A stretch of DNA of 17,561 nucleotides from an uncultured Anaerolineales bacterium (GCA_964642035.1 CAZXNP010000009.1:1-17561); one strand, 5' to 3'; shown: positions 1 through 7,995, counted from the stretch's first letter. Numbers and translations: made by a program. The notes: generated from the letters alone by a model not told the origin.

Positions 1-914
1 CCCCGGGGGCCTTTCCCGGTGCCCGGGGCGGCCAGGCCGACCGCCTGGGCGGCGTTGCCCAACATGATGGCGAACCAGCCGGGCCTCGCGGCAAGGCCGG
101 CCACCAATGGCGATCGCTCGACAACCTGCAGCAGGGCGGCGGCGCTGGCCTTGTGGCCCACGCCCCAGCTGCCGGCAAGGGAGCTGAGTTGCCGCGGGTC
201 GACGCCCGCCACTTCGTAAGCGGCAAAGTCCCGGAACCACGCCGCGTCCGATATGTCGCGAGTGGCAACAACTATTCTGTTGCCGGGATATCGCTTGACC
301 AGGTCCTCGATGTGCCCTGCCTCGGCGCGACGCTCGGCGGCGAACAGGGTGTCGAGATCGTCCAGGAGGATTACGGCCCGGCCCGTGGCCAGGTGGGCCG
401 ACAGGAATTCGGAGGCATCGCTGAATCCCGTCTCAGCCATGGTTGCCGCCAATCGAGCCACGAGGTCGCCGCCGGCGTCGCGGGTCCGAGCCAGGGGCAC
501 GTACAGGGGCAGCCACGGCGCACCCTCGGCCAGGAGGGCCACCCGGCCACCCACGAGCACCGCCCGGGCCAGTTTCGTGGCGTACCAGCGGAGCAGGGCG
601 CTCTTGCCGGTGCCGGCTGGCCCGATGAGCAGGAGCCTGGAGTGCTCCGCCAGGGTCTCCGGGAGGGTGGAGGTGGGGTTGTGGCCGCCGACCCGGCGAC
701 CTGTCGCCAGCTCGTCTTCGACGACGTACTCCCGGACCCGTACAGGCATGAATGATACGTCAAGACGAACGGCCCCAACGGTGGGCAGGCGGACCGTATC
801 CAGGGCTTCGCACAGGGCCTCGAGGTAGCCGGAGTAGGCGCGCCACCGGGTGGCGATCTGCCACCAGCGGCCACCAGTACGGCCGAGACGCCGCGACAGC
901 TGATTCTGGTCCAC
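1..914 (-). CDS. NACHT/STAND-family P-loop NTPase, N-terminal ~300 aa (3' end runs off window). Probable GTG start near 912-920. A stop at 924-926 bounds the frame upstream.
   Basis: The minus-strand frame is open from 914 down to 1; verified codon by codon from the reverse complement. It contains Walker A 'LLIGPAGTGKSALL' (~pos 600-640), the NACHT-typical 'LPLYVPLARTRD' motif, Walker B 'AVILLDDLD', and sensor-like 'NRIVVATRD'. It is absent from the ORF track because no in-window stop/Met pair defines it. The track's 153..755(+) and 253..828(+) ORFs are antisense to it. Confidence 0.6.
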   Translation of the reverse strand, partial: MDQNQLSRRLGRTGGRWWQIATRWRAYSGYLEALCEALDTVRLPTVGAVRLDVSFMPVRVREYVVEDELATGRRVGGHNPTSTLPETLAEHSRLLLIGPAGTGKSALLRWYATKLARAVLVGGRVALLAEGAPWLPLYVPLARTRDAGGDLVARLAATMAETGFSDASEFLSAHLATGRAVILLDDLDTLFAAERRAEAGHIEDLVKRYPGNRIVVATRDISDAAWFRDFAAYEVAGVDPRQLSSLAGSWGVGHKASAAALLQVVERSPLVAGLAARPGWFAIMLGNAAQAVGLAAPGTGKGPR

Positions 915-1110
915 GCGCACGCTCTAACTCCGCCCTGCTCGTGCCTGGCGCGCCAGGCGACTTTGGCTCCGACCGCCGAATTTGCCGCAGGGGCCCCTGC
1001 CTGCCAAATCTCCCATGCCTGACAGCGGCACCACGGCCATGGTCCTTGCCACGACGCGGAAAGGCTAGCACGTCCGGCATCAGGGCCCCAGTCGGGCCCT
1101 CTGCCTCGCT

Positions 1111-1159
1111 GTCAGCGAATGGTCAGCCAATCGTAAGGCCCGGGTCAGTCCTCGGTCAT
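1111..1159. repeat. Phased pentamer array GTCAG(1111) GTCAG(1122) GTAAG(1133) GTCAG(1144) GTCAT(1155), spaced exactly 11 bp, in the divergent NACHT/tadZ intergenic region.
   Basis: Read directly from the sequence. There are five copies on one helical face. GTCAG is expected about once per kb per strand at this base composition. Confidence 0.5.
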
Positions 1160-1400
1160 GCCGCCGGCGCCGCGGACGTGTTACCATAACGGACAAACTT
1201 GGCGCCGGCGGCTCCCAAACCTCTCGTGCCGGTCGCGGCCGAGGATCCGAGCCGTTGCGGGTGACCCGACCCCCGCTCGCCGCTGGGCGCTGATGGGTCC
1301 CGCTTCCGGCTTCATGCCCGAAGCACCCCTCGGGCGCTGCCCATGGTATGGGCTAGGATGCGTCAAGGGTTCCATACTCAGACCGGAGAGGTGCTGCCCC

Positions 1401-2381
1401 GTGAAAGTTCTCGTCGCCACGAAGGACCTGGCCGTCTTCGATGCCCTGCAGGGCATCACCGGTCTGGAATACGAAGAGGCCCTGTTCACCGGGCAGATCT
1501 ACGAGGCATTGCCCGGTGCCCAGTTGGTGGTCGTCGACTTCGATGACCTGGTGGAGCACCCATACAGCGTCGGAATGCTCAGGGGCATCCTTTCCGACAG
1601 CGAGGTGCCTTTCGTCTCCAGCGAGGAGTTCCTGGCGGAGCCGGACTCGTGGCTGAGCGACGCTCGACGCCTCAGCGGCGATGCGTCGGATCTGCCGACG
1701 AAACGCACCATCGCCTTCGTGTCCTACTCCGGCGGCGTTGGGAAGACGGTCCTCGCCCTGGATACGGCCTCCCACTTCGCCCGGCGCACGAGCCTGCCGG
1801 TATGTCTGCTGGAGTTCACGTATGGCGAGTCGGCCGTCAACTCCCTGGTGGGCACCACGCCGCCGGCACTTTTCGAGCTGGCCACTCAGCCGGACGTGGA
1901 GGCCACGGTCTGGCAGGGGGTCACCCTGGTCCCGATGGATTATGATAACGCCCGGGACCTGTCAATACAGCTCCTTGGCAAGTACCTGAAGGACATCATG
2001 CGGGAGCACGTGCTGACGGTGATCGATGCCCACTGGCCCCACGCCTTGATCGGGGCCGTCCGGGATGACATCGACCGCTGGTACGTCGTGGCCACGCCGC
2101 GGCCCGATGCCGTGGAGAACTCCCAGAAGCTGGCCGTGGAGTTGGGGCCGAAGGCCTCGGTTGTACTCAATCAGAAGGGGGGCGTGGTCGACACCCTGGC
2201 CCTGTCGGGCATTGAGCGTGCCCTGGATCTACCCGTAGTCAAGGAGCCGGACCGCTGGGAGGGTAACCTGGGCAAGAGGATCCTGATGCACACCTACGGC
2301 GAGGCCACCTGGGGGGCGTATGAACCCTCGGGCCTCTTCTCCAACCTGCGCAAGCGCTTCTCGCGTTCTAAGAGTGAGTGA
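1401..2381 (+). CDS. tadZ: TadZ/CpaE-like pilus assembly protein (receiver-like N-domain plus atypical ParA/MinD ATPase)
   Basis: A GTG start at 1401 is preceded by the RBS GGAGAGG (1384-1390). It has the deviant P-loop 'FVSYSGGVGKTVLALDTA', is ~327 aa, and is the first gene of an operon with cpaB/tadA/tadB/tadC. The track's ORF 1158..2381 adds an Arg/Pro/Cys-rich non-protein-like N-extension. Confidence 0.75.
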   Translation: MKVLVATKDLAVFDALQGITGLEYEEALFTGQIYEALPGAQLVVVDFDDLVEHPYSVGMLRGILSDSEVPFVSSEEFLAEPDSWLSDARRLSGDASDLPTKRTIAFVSYSGGVGKTVLALDTASHFARRTSLPVCLLEFTYGESAVNSLVGTTPPALFELATQPDVEATVWQGVTLVPMDYDNARDLSIQLLGKYLKDIMREHVLTVIDAHWPHALIGAVRDDIDRWYVVATPRPDAVENSQKLAVELGPKASVVLNQKGGVVDTLALSGIERALDLPVVKEPDRWEGNLGKRILMHTYGEATWGAYEPSGLFSNLRKRFSRSKSE

Positions 2382-2417
2382 CCGACCCGCGGCTCATAGC
2401 CTTTCCTGGGGGATAAC

Positions 2418-3251
2418 ATGAACGCTCGCACCGCCATGCTCGCCTTCGCCGTGGTCCTGATCGGCGTCGGTGGCATCATGACCTTGAAGGACCTCCTCAG
2501 CCCCACGCCGCCGCCGCCCATGGTCGTTGTGGCTCGGGCCGCGCAGCAGATCGAGCCGTACACGGTGGTGACCCAGGACATGGTCCAGACGGAGCAGATG
2601 TCCGCTCGAGAGGCCCGGGACTCCAACGCGTGGAAGGTCGAGCAGGTGGCCGGGATGATGGCCACCGACCTCCTGGCCCCGGGCGACGTCATGACCGCCG
2701 GCAATGTTCAGCCCATCGAGCAGTACCGAGGCTGGAAGGACCTGGGCATGGAGCTCGTGTCCTTCACATCGTCTGTGGACCGCCTCGTGGCGGGGCAGTT
2801 GCGCCCCGGGATGCTGATCAATATCTACGGCTTCAATCGCGGCCGGCCCGACGAGACCTTCACGAAGCTGATCGAGGAGAACGTCCGGGTGGTCCGGGTA
2901 CTCCAGGGCAGTGGCCGCGCTGCCGGCCAGGGGACGCCGGTGGCGGATTGGCAGGACAACCAGGTTACCTACGGCGACGACAAGGGCCGGAGCGGCACCC
3001 TCCTGACGGTGGCGTTGCCTCCGGAGCGGGCCTTCAACCTCATCGATGCCCTTGGCGCCCAGGCCCTCCAGCCGTATGTGACCATGGCCGGCAACCGCAC
3101 CGTGTCCGCCTTGGCGACGCCCCGCTACGTCGCGACGCCTGAGCAGTCGGCCCAGATCGACTGGGCCGCCACATTGACGGCCATAGCCGTCACCATCAAC
3201 CCGACGGAGGTGCAACTGCCCCCCACCGGGGGCGGAGGAGCCACCCGATGA
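2418..3251 (+). CDS. cpaB: CpaB/RcpC-family Flp pilus assembly protein (N-terminal TM plus SAF-like domain)
   Basis: It has the N-terminal TM 'MLAFAVVLIGVGGIM', and 'MVVVARAAQQIEPYTVVTQDMV' and 'TLLTVALPPERAFNLIDALGAQAL' resemble CpaB. Its stop overlaps the tadA start (ATGA). Confidence 0.75.
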   Translation: MNARTAMLAFAVVLIGVGGIMTLKDLLSPTPPPPMVVVARAAQQIEPYTVVTQDMVQTEQMSAREARDSNAWKVEQVAGMMATDLLAPGDVMTAGNVQPIEQYRGWKDLGMELVSFTSSVDRLVAGQLRPGMLINIYGFNRGRPDETFTKLIEENVRVVRVLQGSGRAAGQGTPVADWQDNQVTYGDDKGRSGTLLTVALPPERAFNLIDALGAQALQPYVTMAGNRTVSALATPRYVATPEQSAQIDWAATLTAIAVTINPTEVQLPPTGGGGATR

Positions 3252-4456
3252 GCCCGGTGACCCGCTACGACTACAACGTCCTGGTGAAGCAAGTTCAGGA
3301 CTATTGCGTGCAGCGGGAGATCCCGGTGCCGCGCTGGCGCCGGGAGCTGCACCCGGAAGAGGAGCTCGCCTTCCACGCCAACGTCCTCAGGGCCCTGAAG
3401 GAGCTGGGCTTCGACATCGCCGAGGAGGACCGCCAGGCCGTGGCCCGGGAAGTGGCCAACCGCATCACCGGCCTGGGGGTATTGCAGCCGTACCTCGAGC
3501 AAGAAGGCATCGAGGAGATCATCGTCCGCAAAGGCTTCGTGCAGGTGGAGCGTGACGGCCAGATCAACGACGTGGGCGACCTGGCGCCAGACACCTACTT
3601 CTACCACCTCACCCGGCGCATTGCCGACCTCGAGGGCAAAGAGATCGGGGCCGAGGATCCCCAGATCAAGCTCGGTTTGCCCGACGGCAGCCGTTTCACC
3701 GCGGCCATTCCCCCCCTGTCCCGGGCCGGCACGGCCCTGAACATTCGGCGCTTTAGCCGCAAGAAGCTCACCTTCGAGGACCTGATCGACCGCCACGCCA
3801 TGGACGAGGAGTCGGCCGAGTTCCTGAAGGACGTGTCGAGGTCCATGAGCAAGTCGGTTATCTTCAGCGGTCGACCCGGCGCCGGCAAGACCACCATGCT
3901 CAACGCCTTCACCCAGTATCTGCCGCGCCACTGCCAGTTGTCGCTGGTGGAGACCTTTCAGGAGGTGCAGCCCCAGCTGCCACACTTCAACCACCTCGTG
4001 GTGCAGGAGGGCCTTGGTGAGGTGGGCCGGGTGGTCAATGTGGTGTTCCTGCGGATGCGCCCCGACGTGATGATCATCGGCGAGACGGTGTCCGAAGAGG
4101 CCATCGAGTTCATCATGGGCCTAAACCTGGGCATCACCGCGTACACAACCACCCACGCCCACTCCGCCCGCTTGGCGATGACACGAATTGAAACCTTGTC
4201 CCGGGGCTCCGGTATTCCCCTTGAGGAGCGACGGGAGATCATTGGCTCAGGTCTGAACCTGGCGGTGCACATCCACAAGGGCTACGACCCCGAGAAGCAG
4301 GCCTACAAGCGGTTCATGCGCGAGATGATCGCCATCAGCGGGGTCACGAGGCGGGCGGACGGCGTCAACTACGACATTGACATAATCAAGGAGTATGACC
4401 CGCGCCGGTCCACCTGGACGCCCCTCAGGGAGCCGAAGGCCTGGCGTGAGATCTAA
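3248..4456 (+). CDS. tadA: TadA/CpaF type II/IV secretion ATPase
   Basis: It has Walker A 'SGRPGAGKTTMLNAF', Walker B/Asp box 'RMRPDVMIIGETV', and His box 'TTHAHSARLAMTRIETL'. The RBS GGAGGAG (3234-3240) is 7 nt before the ATG. It is 402 aa. Confidence 0.9.
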   Translation: MSPVTRYDYNVLVKQVQDYCVQREIPVPRWRRELHPEEELAFHANVLRALKELGFDIAEEDRQAVAREVANRITGLGVLQPYLEQEGIEEIIVRKGFVQVERDGQINDVGDLAPDTYFYHLTRRIADLEGKEIGAEDPQIKLGLPDGSRFTAAIPPLSRAGTALNIRRFSRKKLTFEDLIDRHAMDEESAEFLKDVSRSMSKSVIFSGRPGAGKTTMLNAFTQYLPRHCQLSLVETFQEVQPQLPHFNHLVVQEGLGEVGRVVNVVFLRMRPDVMIIGETVSEEAIEFIMGLNLGITAYTTTHAHSARLAMTRIETLSRGSGIPLEERREIIGSGLNLAVHIHKGYDPEKQAYKRFMREMIAISGVTRRADGVNYDIDIIKEYDPRRSTWTPLREPKAWREI

Positions 4457-4495
4457 GGTGTCGAGGGCGGAGACCCTCACCACACGCAAGACGAG

Positions 4496-5398
4496 GTGCG
4501 AGGCATGACTGGTCCGATAATCATGCTCGTGGGTGGCGGCGCCGCCCTGGCATTTGTGGTCGTAGACTGGATGCAGTACCGCATGCGGCTTCGGCTCCGT
4601 AAGGATACCGCCACGACTGAGGGGCTCAGCAGTCGAATCAGCTACGACTGGCGGGTCTACGCCATGATCGTGTTTACCCTGCTCCTAGCCTTCTTGTACG
4701 CGCGCTCGATCGAGCGGCCAATTGGCCAGGAGATCCCCGGCATCGAGATTCCCACGGAGCAGCGCCGGGCACTCATCGTGGCCTCCTACATCGTGGTCGT
4801 GGGCGTGTGGTGGGCCATCCGCCAGGCCCGCAAAGTGGGTGCGAGCAGGCGAATGATCGTCAACAGTGAAGTTCAGGAGCTGGTGCAGCAGTTCCGCAGC
4901 GTCTTCCGGATTCGGCCCACGGTGTTCAGCGCCCTCGAGGAGGCCAACCGCAGGATCGAGCCGCCCGTGGGTGCGGCCGTGTCCCACGCCGTCACGACGT
5001 TCTACGTGACGTCGTTGCCCAGACGGGCCTTCGACGAGCTCAGGGAGCGGATCGATAACCCCTACATGGACCAGTTTATCTATATCCTCGAGCGGGGAGA
5101 GGACGCCAAACACGAGGACATTCTTGAGGCCATGGATGGCCTCTTGGTGCGGCTGCGCCGGGCCCGGGACATTCGGGACCAGTCTGAAGTCAACATGACG
5201 GTCATCACCGGGCAGACGCGCATAATTCAGCTGATCGCCGTGGCCCTTGTGACGGCCGTGGGGCTCATTGGCGCATTCCGCCAGGCGTACGAGAACGTGC
5301 CGGGGCAGCTCCTCTTCCTCTTGGTGGCCAGCATCGGAGTTGTCACGAGCTGGTACATAGATCGCCGGGCCATGGCCCTCAAGGAGCGGGTACTGTAG
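4496..5398 (+). CDS. tadB: TadB-like inner-membrane pilus platform protein (T2SS-F domain)
   Basis: It has an N-terminal TM and two C-terminal TM helices. It sits immediately after tadA and before tadC. The true start may be the ATG at 4505 (GAGG at 4493-4496). Confidence 0.65.
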   Translation: MRGMTGPIIMLVGGGAALAFVVVDWMQYRMRLRLRKDTATTEGLSSRISYDWRVYAMIVFTLLLAFLYARSIERPIGQEIPGIEIPTEQRRALIVASYIVVVGVWWAIRQARKVGASRRMIVNSEVQELVQQFRSVFRIRPTVFSALEEANRRIEPPVGAAVSHAVTTFYVTSLPRRAFDELRERIDNPYMDQFIYILERGEDAKHEDILEAMDGLLVRLRRARDIRDQSEVNMTVITGQTRIIQLIAVALVTAVGLIGAFRQAYENVPGQLLFLLVASIGVVTSWYIDRRAMALKERVL

Positions 5399-6058
5399 AT
5401 GGGCATTCTCATCCTCATTGCATCCTTGCTGCTGCTCGTTGCCCTGTTCGGCGGCGACGTTTGGGGCAAGGTGTGGCGCCTGCAGCGCCGGCGAGTCCTG
5501 CCTCGGATCCATCGCTACAGCCCCCGCCGACTGTGGCGACGTCTCAGGAAGAAACCTCGGTACGAGGTGGACATGCCGACGGTGCGGGACTTCATCCTGA
5601 CGCTGCAGCTGTCGCTGTCGCTGGCGGAGACCATGGCAGGGGCCTTGACCCAGGCCGCCCGGCAGTTTGGCGACCGGGACGCCTTCGGCGACCGACTCAC
5701 GACCAGGGTGCGGAGCCAGCTTCAGGTCGAGCCGGAGGCGGTGATCAGGGCCCTGGCCGTCGACTTTGAAAACCGCCACTTGGAGGAGCTCGCCGAGCGT
5801 CTCGAGATGGCCCACGAGGGCGGTCTCTCGTACAAACAAGCCGTCGACGCGACCCTCGAGGACGTCGAGGAGGTGATCCGGGTGGCCGTCGAGAAGGAGA
5901 TCGAGCGGGCACCGGTGATGCTCACGATCCCAATGATCATTGGGGTCTTCTTCGCCGCCCTCGCTCTCCTGGGCTTCCCGCTCCTCGTGGTCATGTTCCA
6001 GAACGTGACTGGCGCCACCTCCGGGTCCAGCGGGGCTGGTTTTGGAGCCGGCTTCTAG
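5399..6058 (+). CDS. tadC: TadC-like inner-membrane pilus platform protein (T2SS-F domain)
   Basis: The ATG directly abuts the tadB stop (TAGATG). It has N- and C-terminal TM helices ('MLTIPMIIGVFFAALALLGFPLLVVMF') and is 219 aa. Confidence 0.6.
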   Translation: MGILILIASLLLLVALFGGDVWGKVWRLQRRRVLPRIHRYSPRRLWRRLRKKPRYEVDMPTVRDFILTLQLSLSLAETMAGALTQAARQFGDRDAFGDRLTTRVRSQLQVEPEAVIRALAVDFENRHLEELAERLEMAHEGGLSYKQAVDATLEDVEEVIRVAVEKEIERAPVMLTIPMIIGVFFAALALLGFPLLVVMFQNVTGATSGSSGAGFGAGF

Positions 6059-6122
6059 GGGGCCAGTCCGGCCGAGAACCCCTTATCGCAACCGAGGGCC
6101 GCGCTGCGCGGGACCGAGGGGC

Positions 6123-6176
6123 GTCAGGAACGTCAGAGTTCGGTCAGCGTTAAGATCTTGTCAGGGGTCTTGTCAA
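6123..6176. repeat. GTCAG repeat cluster upstream of and overlapping the flp promoter: GTCAG at 6123, 6132, 6144, 6160 and GTCAA at 6172 (inside the -35). Also CCGAG x3 at 6072/6092/6114.
   Basis: Read directly from the sequence. It uses the same pentamer as the array ahead of tadZ. Confidence 0.4.
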
Positions 6177-6198
6177 GAGGCCCGTAGTTCGGTATAAT
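6170..6198 (+). promoter_or_regulatory. Strong sigma-70/SigA-type promoter for the flp pilin operon: -35 TTGTCA (6170-6175), 17-bp spacer, -10 TATAAT (6193-6198).
   Basis: Both hexamers are near-perfect consensus at the optimal 17-bp spacing. The RBS AAGGAGG (6224-6230) is 10 nt before the flp1 ATG. There is a direct repeat TCTTGTCA at 6156-6163 and 6168-6175. Confidence 0.65.
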
Positions 6199-6240
6199 CC
6201 CCGCACCTCATCCAACCCCTCATAAGGAGGAGTCGCAGCC

Positions 6241-6474
6241 ATGATCCGTAACATCAAGAGGTTCTGGAACGACGAGAGCGGCCCCGAGCTGGTGGAGTGG
6301 GCAGTCGTCACGATCATTCTTCTCGTGGCGGCGGTCGTGCTCTACATTGCCGTGGGCCGCGCCCTCGGCGCGGTGATCTGTTCCGTGAAGTGCTGGCTGG
6401 AGGCTGTGAAGGGTGACCACTCCGAGGTCAACTCGAGCACCTGCCAGGACGAGGACGAGACCTGCGCTGACTAG
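6241..6474 (+). CDS. flp: Flp-family type IVb pilin (prepilin) with an unusual Cys-rich acidic C-terminal extension
   Basis: 'MIRNIKRFWNDESG/PELVEWAVVTIILLVAAVV' fits the Flp prepilin motif G/XXXXE[YW] followed by a hydrophobic helix. It is 77 aa. The tail is 'CSVKCW...STCQDEDETCAD'. Confidence 0.8.
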   Translation: MIRNIKRFWNDESGPELVEWAVVTIILLVAAVVLYIAVGRALGAVICSVKCWLEAVKGDHSEVNSSTCQDEDETCAD

Positions 6475-6528
6475 GCGCCTGACGGCGCGCCGCCCTGGGT
6501 TTCCCCGGGGTGGCGGCACGGAGCTTGC

Positions 6529-6564
6529 TCCGGGCAGGGTGCCACCGGTGGCACCCTGCCCGGA
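6529..6564. terminator. Perfect 36-nt palindrome (18-bp GC-rich stem, no loop mismatch) between flp1 and flp2. Candidate intercistronic stem-loop, attenuator or processing site.
   Basis: 6529-6546 tccgggcagggtgccacc is exactly the reverse complement of 6547-6564. It is not followed by a U-tract. Confidence 0.4.
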
Positions 6565-6612
6565 CTCTGTGGGCTCGAAAATGGCCCACCGGCGCGCGTT
6601 AGGAGGCCGTAG

Positions 6613-6801
6613 TTGACAGCAATCATCGGCAAGTTCTGGCACGACGAGAGTGGCCCAGAGATGGTCGAGTGGGCCGTCGTTGCCTTGGTGCTCTTGGCTT
6701 TCACCGTGGCGGGCATCCTCGCCATCCGGGACAGCCTCATCGACATGTTCCAGGCGGCCTTCACGAAGCTCGAGGCCGTTCCGCCCTCGACCTTCCCGTA
6801 A
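6613..6801 (+). CDS. flp: Second Flp-family pilin (62 aa)
   Basis: The TTG start at 6613 lies 6 nt after the RBS AGGAGG (6601-6606). 'MTAIIGKFWHDESG/PEMVEWAVVALVLLAF' aligns residue for residue with flp1 through the processing motif. Confidence 0.75.
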   Translation: MTAIIGKFWHDESGPEMVEWAVVALVLLAFTVAGILAIRDSLIDMFQAAFTKLEAVPPSTFP

Positions 6802-6828
6802 GGGGCACGGTCTCGGGAAGACGTCACC

Positions 6829-7389
6829 ATGCCGGAGTTTGCCTTGCCGGCACTCCACGCCTTGCCGTGCGTCGCCAAGCTGGGAGTGGATATCTGCCTG
6901 GCCACGGTGGTGCAGCTGGCAGTCACGGGGTGGATGTTGGCCGTGGCCGTCGTGGACCACCGCACCGCCCGCATCCCCAACGCTTTGGTGGCGCCGGTTA
7001 TGCTGGGGGTGGGGGGGCTCCGTCTGATGGAGGGTCTCTTTGGCAACTGGCCACGATTACTCCTGGTCGTGCCGTGGGTGGCGGTCTTCGGCTTGTGGAT
7101 GCTGCACTTCATCGGCGGCGGCGACGCCAAGTTCGTGATGGGCCAATATGCCCTGTTCCCGTCCATGGAGTACACGGCCGCTCTGGCACTCATCTTGCTG
7201 ATCATCACGGTGCCGCTCCTGGCCTGGGAGGCGCGGGGCAGGTCCATCGGCGACATCCGTCGCAGCTTGACCGGCCGGCTAGTGACGGGCCAGGTGTTGC
7301 CGACGGAGGTGGAGCTGCACGAGCGGGGCCGGCAGTACGCCTGGACCCTCGCCCTCCCAGGAATCGTGTACACTTGGCTGTACTGGTAG
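6829..7389 (+). CDS. tadV: TadV/CpaA prepilin peptidase (A24 aspartic peptidase)
   Basis: It has the two catalytic Asp motifs 'VDHRTARIPNALV' and 'GGGDAKFVMG' and is polytopic. It is 186 aa. Confidence 0.8.
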   Translation: MPEFALPALHALPCVAKLGVDICLATVVQLAVTGWMLAVAVVDHRTARIPNALVAPVMLGVGGLRLMEGLFGNWPRLLLVVPWVAVFGLWMLHFIGGGDAKFVMGQYALFPSMEYTAALALILLIITVPLLAWEARGRSIGDIRRSLTGRLVTGQVLPTEVELHERGRQYAWTLALPGIVYTWLYW

Positions 7390-7458
7390 CGGACACCGAC
7401 ACCGGCGGTCGGCTGGCCGGCGAAGGTTCGCCTGAAGGACAGGTACGGGCATAGACCC

Positions 7459-7995
7459 ATGACAAGACAGTCTGGCGCAATTGGATTCACCCCCGGCCCC
7501 GGCGTCCCCGCCCGGGGGCGGCCCGGAGGCATCCTGGGCCGATTCTGCAGTGACCGCCGTGGCGGCACGGCAGTGCAGGCCATCGTGCTGTTGCCGGTGA
7601 TCCTGTTCTTCTTTCTGGCCGCCATCAAGCTGTGGGAAGTGGTGAACGTGCGCCGCTCCCTCCACGACGGCACCTACGAGGCCACGCGCTACCTCGGGCT
7701 CTACCCGCCGCCCAATGGTGATGCCTACTACTGGGAGCAGATCGCCCGGCGGTTCATCGAGGCCGAGCTGAGGTCCAACCCCTGGGTCAAGAACCCCGTC
7801 ACCGACGCGGACTTGCGGATCGATGTGACCATCTACGACGGCAACGAGTGCGGCGACGAGTTCCGGGTGGAGGTGGGCTACCGCCTCTTCGGCCCCGTGG
7901 GGGGCCGAGGCTCGGGTAGCTACGCGGGAATGTTGCCCAACAACGCCCTCATGACCCTCCGAGAGGATCGGGACGGGAAGGTGATCTGTGACTAG
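7459..7995 (+). CDS. TadE-like pseudopilin 1
   Basis: It has the TadE-like N-domain 'DRRGGTAVQAIVLLPVILFFFLAAIKLW'. It shares 'EATRYL' and 'ELRS' with the next gene. There is no convincing SD upstream of the ATG at 7459. Confidence 0.6.
   Translation: MTRQSGAIGFTPGPGVPARGRPGGILGRFCSDRRGGTAVQAIVLLPVILFFFLAAIKLWEVVNVRRSLHDGTYEATRYLGLYPPPNGDAYYWEQIARRFIEAELRSNPWVKNPVTDADLRIDVTIYDGNECGDEFRVEVGYRLFGPVGGRGSGSYAGMLPNNALMTLREDRDGKVICD

Noticed and set aside
153-828. + strand ORFs 153..755 and 253..828 (200 and 191 aa)
   Set aside because: Their translations are Arg/Pro/Gly-rich with no motifs. The opposite strand carries clean NACHT Walker A/B motifs, so these are antisense artefacts.
1158-1400. 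N-terminal extension of tadZ to the ATG at 1158
   Set aside because: The extension is Pro/Arg/Cys-rich and not protein-like. The GTG at 1401 has a good SD and yields a TadZ-like N-terminus.
752-1489. ORFs 752..1189(+), 760..1080(-), 1181..1489(-) in the NACHT/tadZ intergenic region
   Set aside because: They are low-complexity Arg/Pro-rich translations with no RBS. The region is better explained as a regulatory intergenic region (phased repeats, stem-loop).
2394-5839. Long minus-strand ORFs 2394..3215, 3125..3994 and 4685..5839 (273-384 aa)
   Set aside because: They are antisense to cpaB/tadA/tadB-tadC, which carry strong family motifs. They are typical high-GC spurious ORFs (His/Arg/Gly/Asp-rich).
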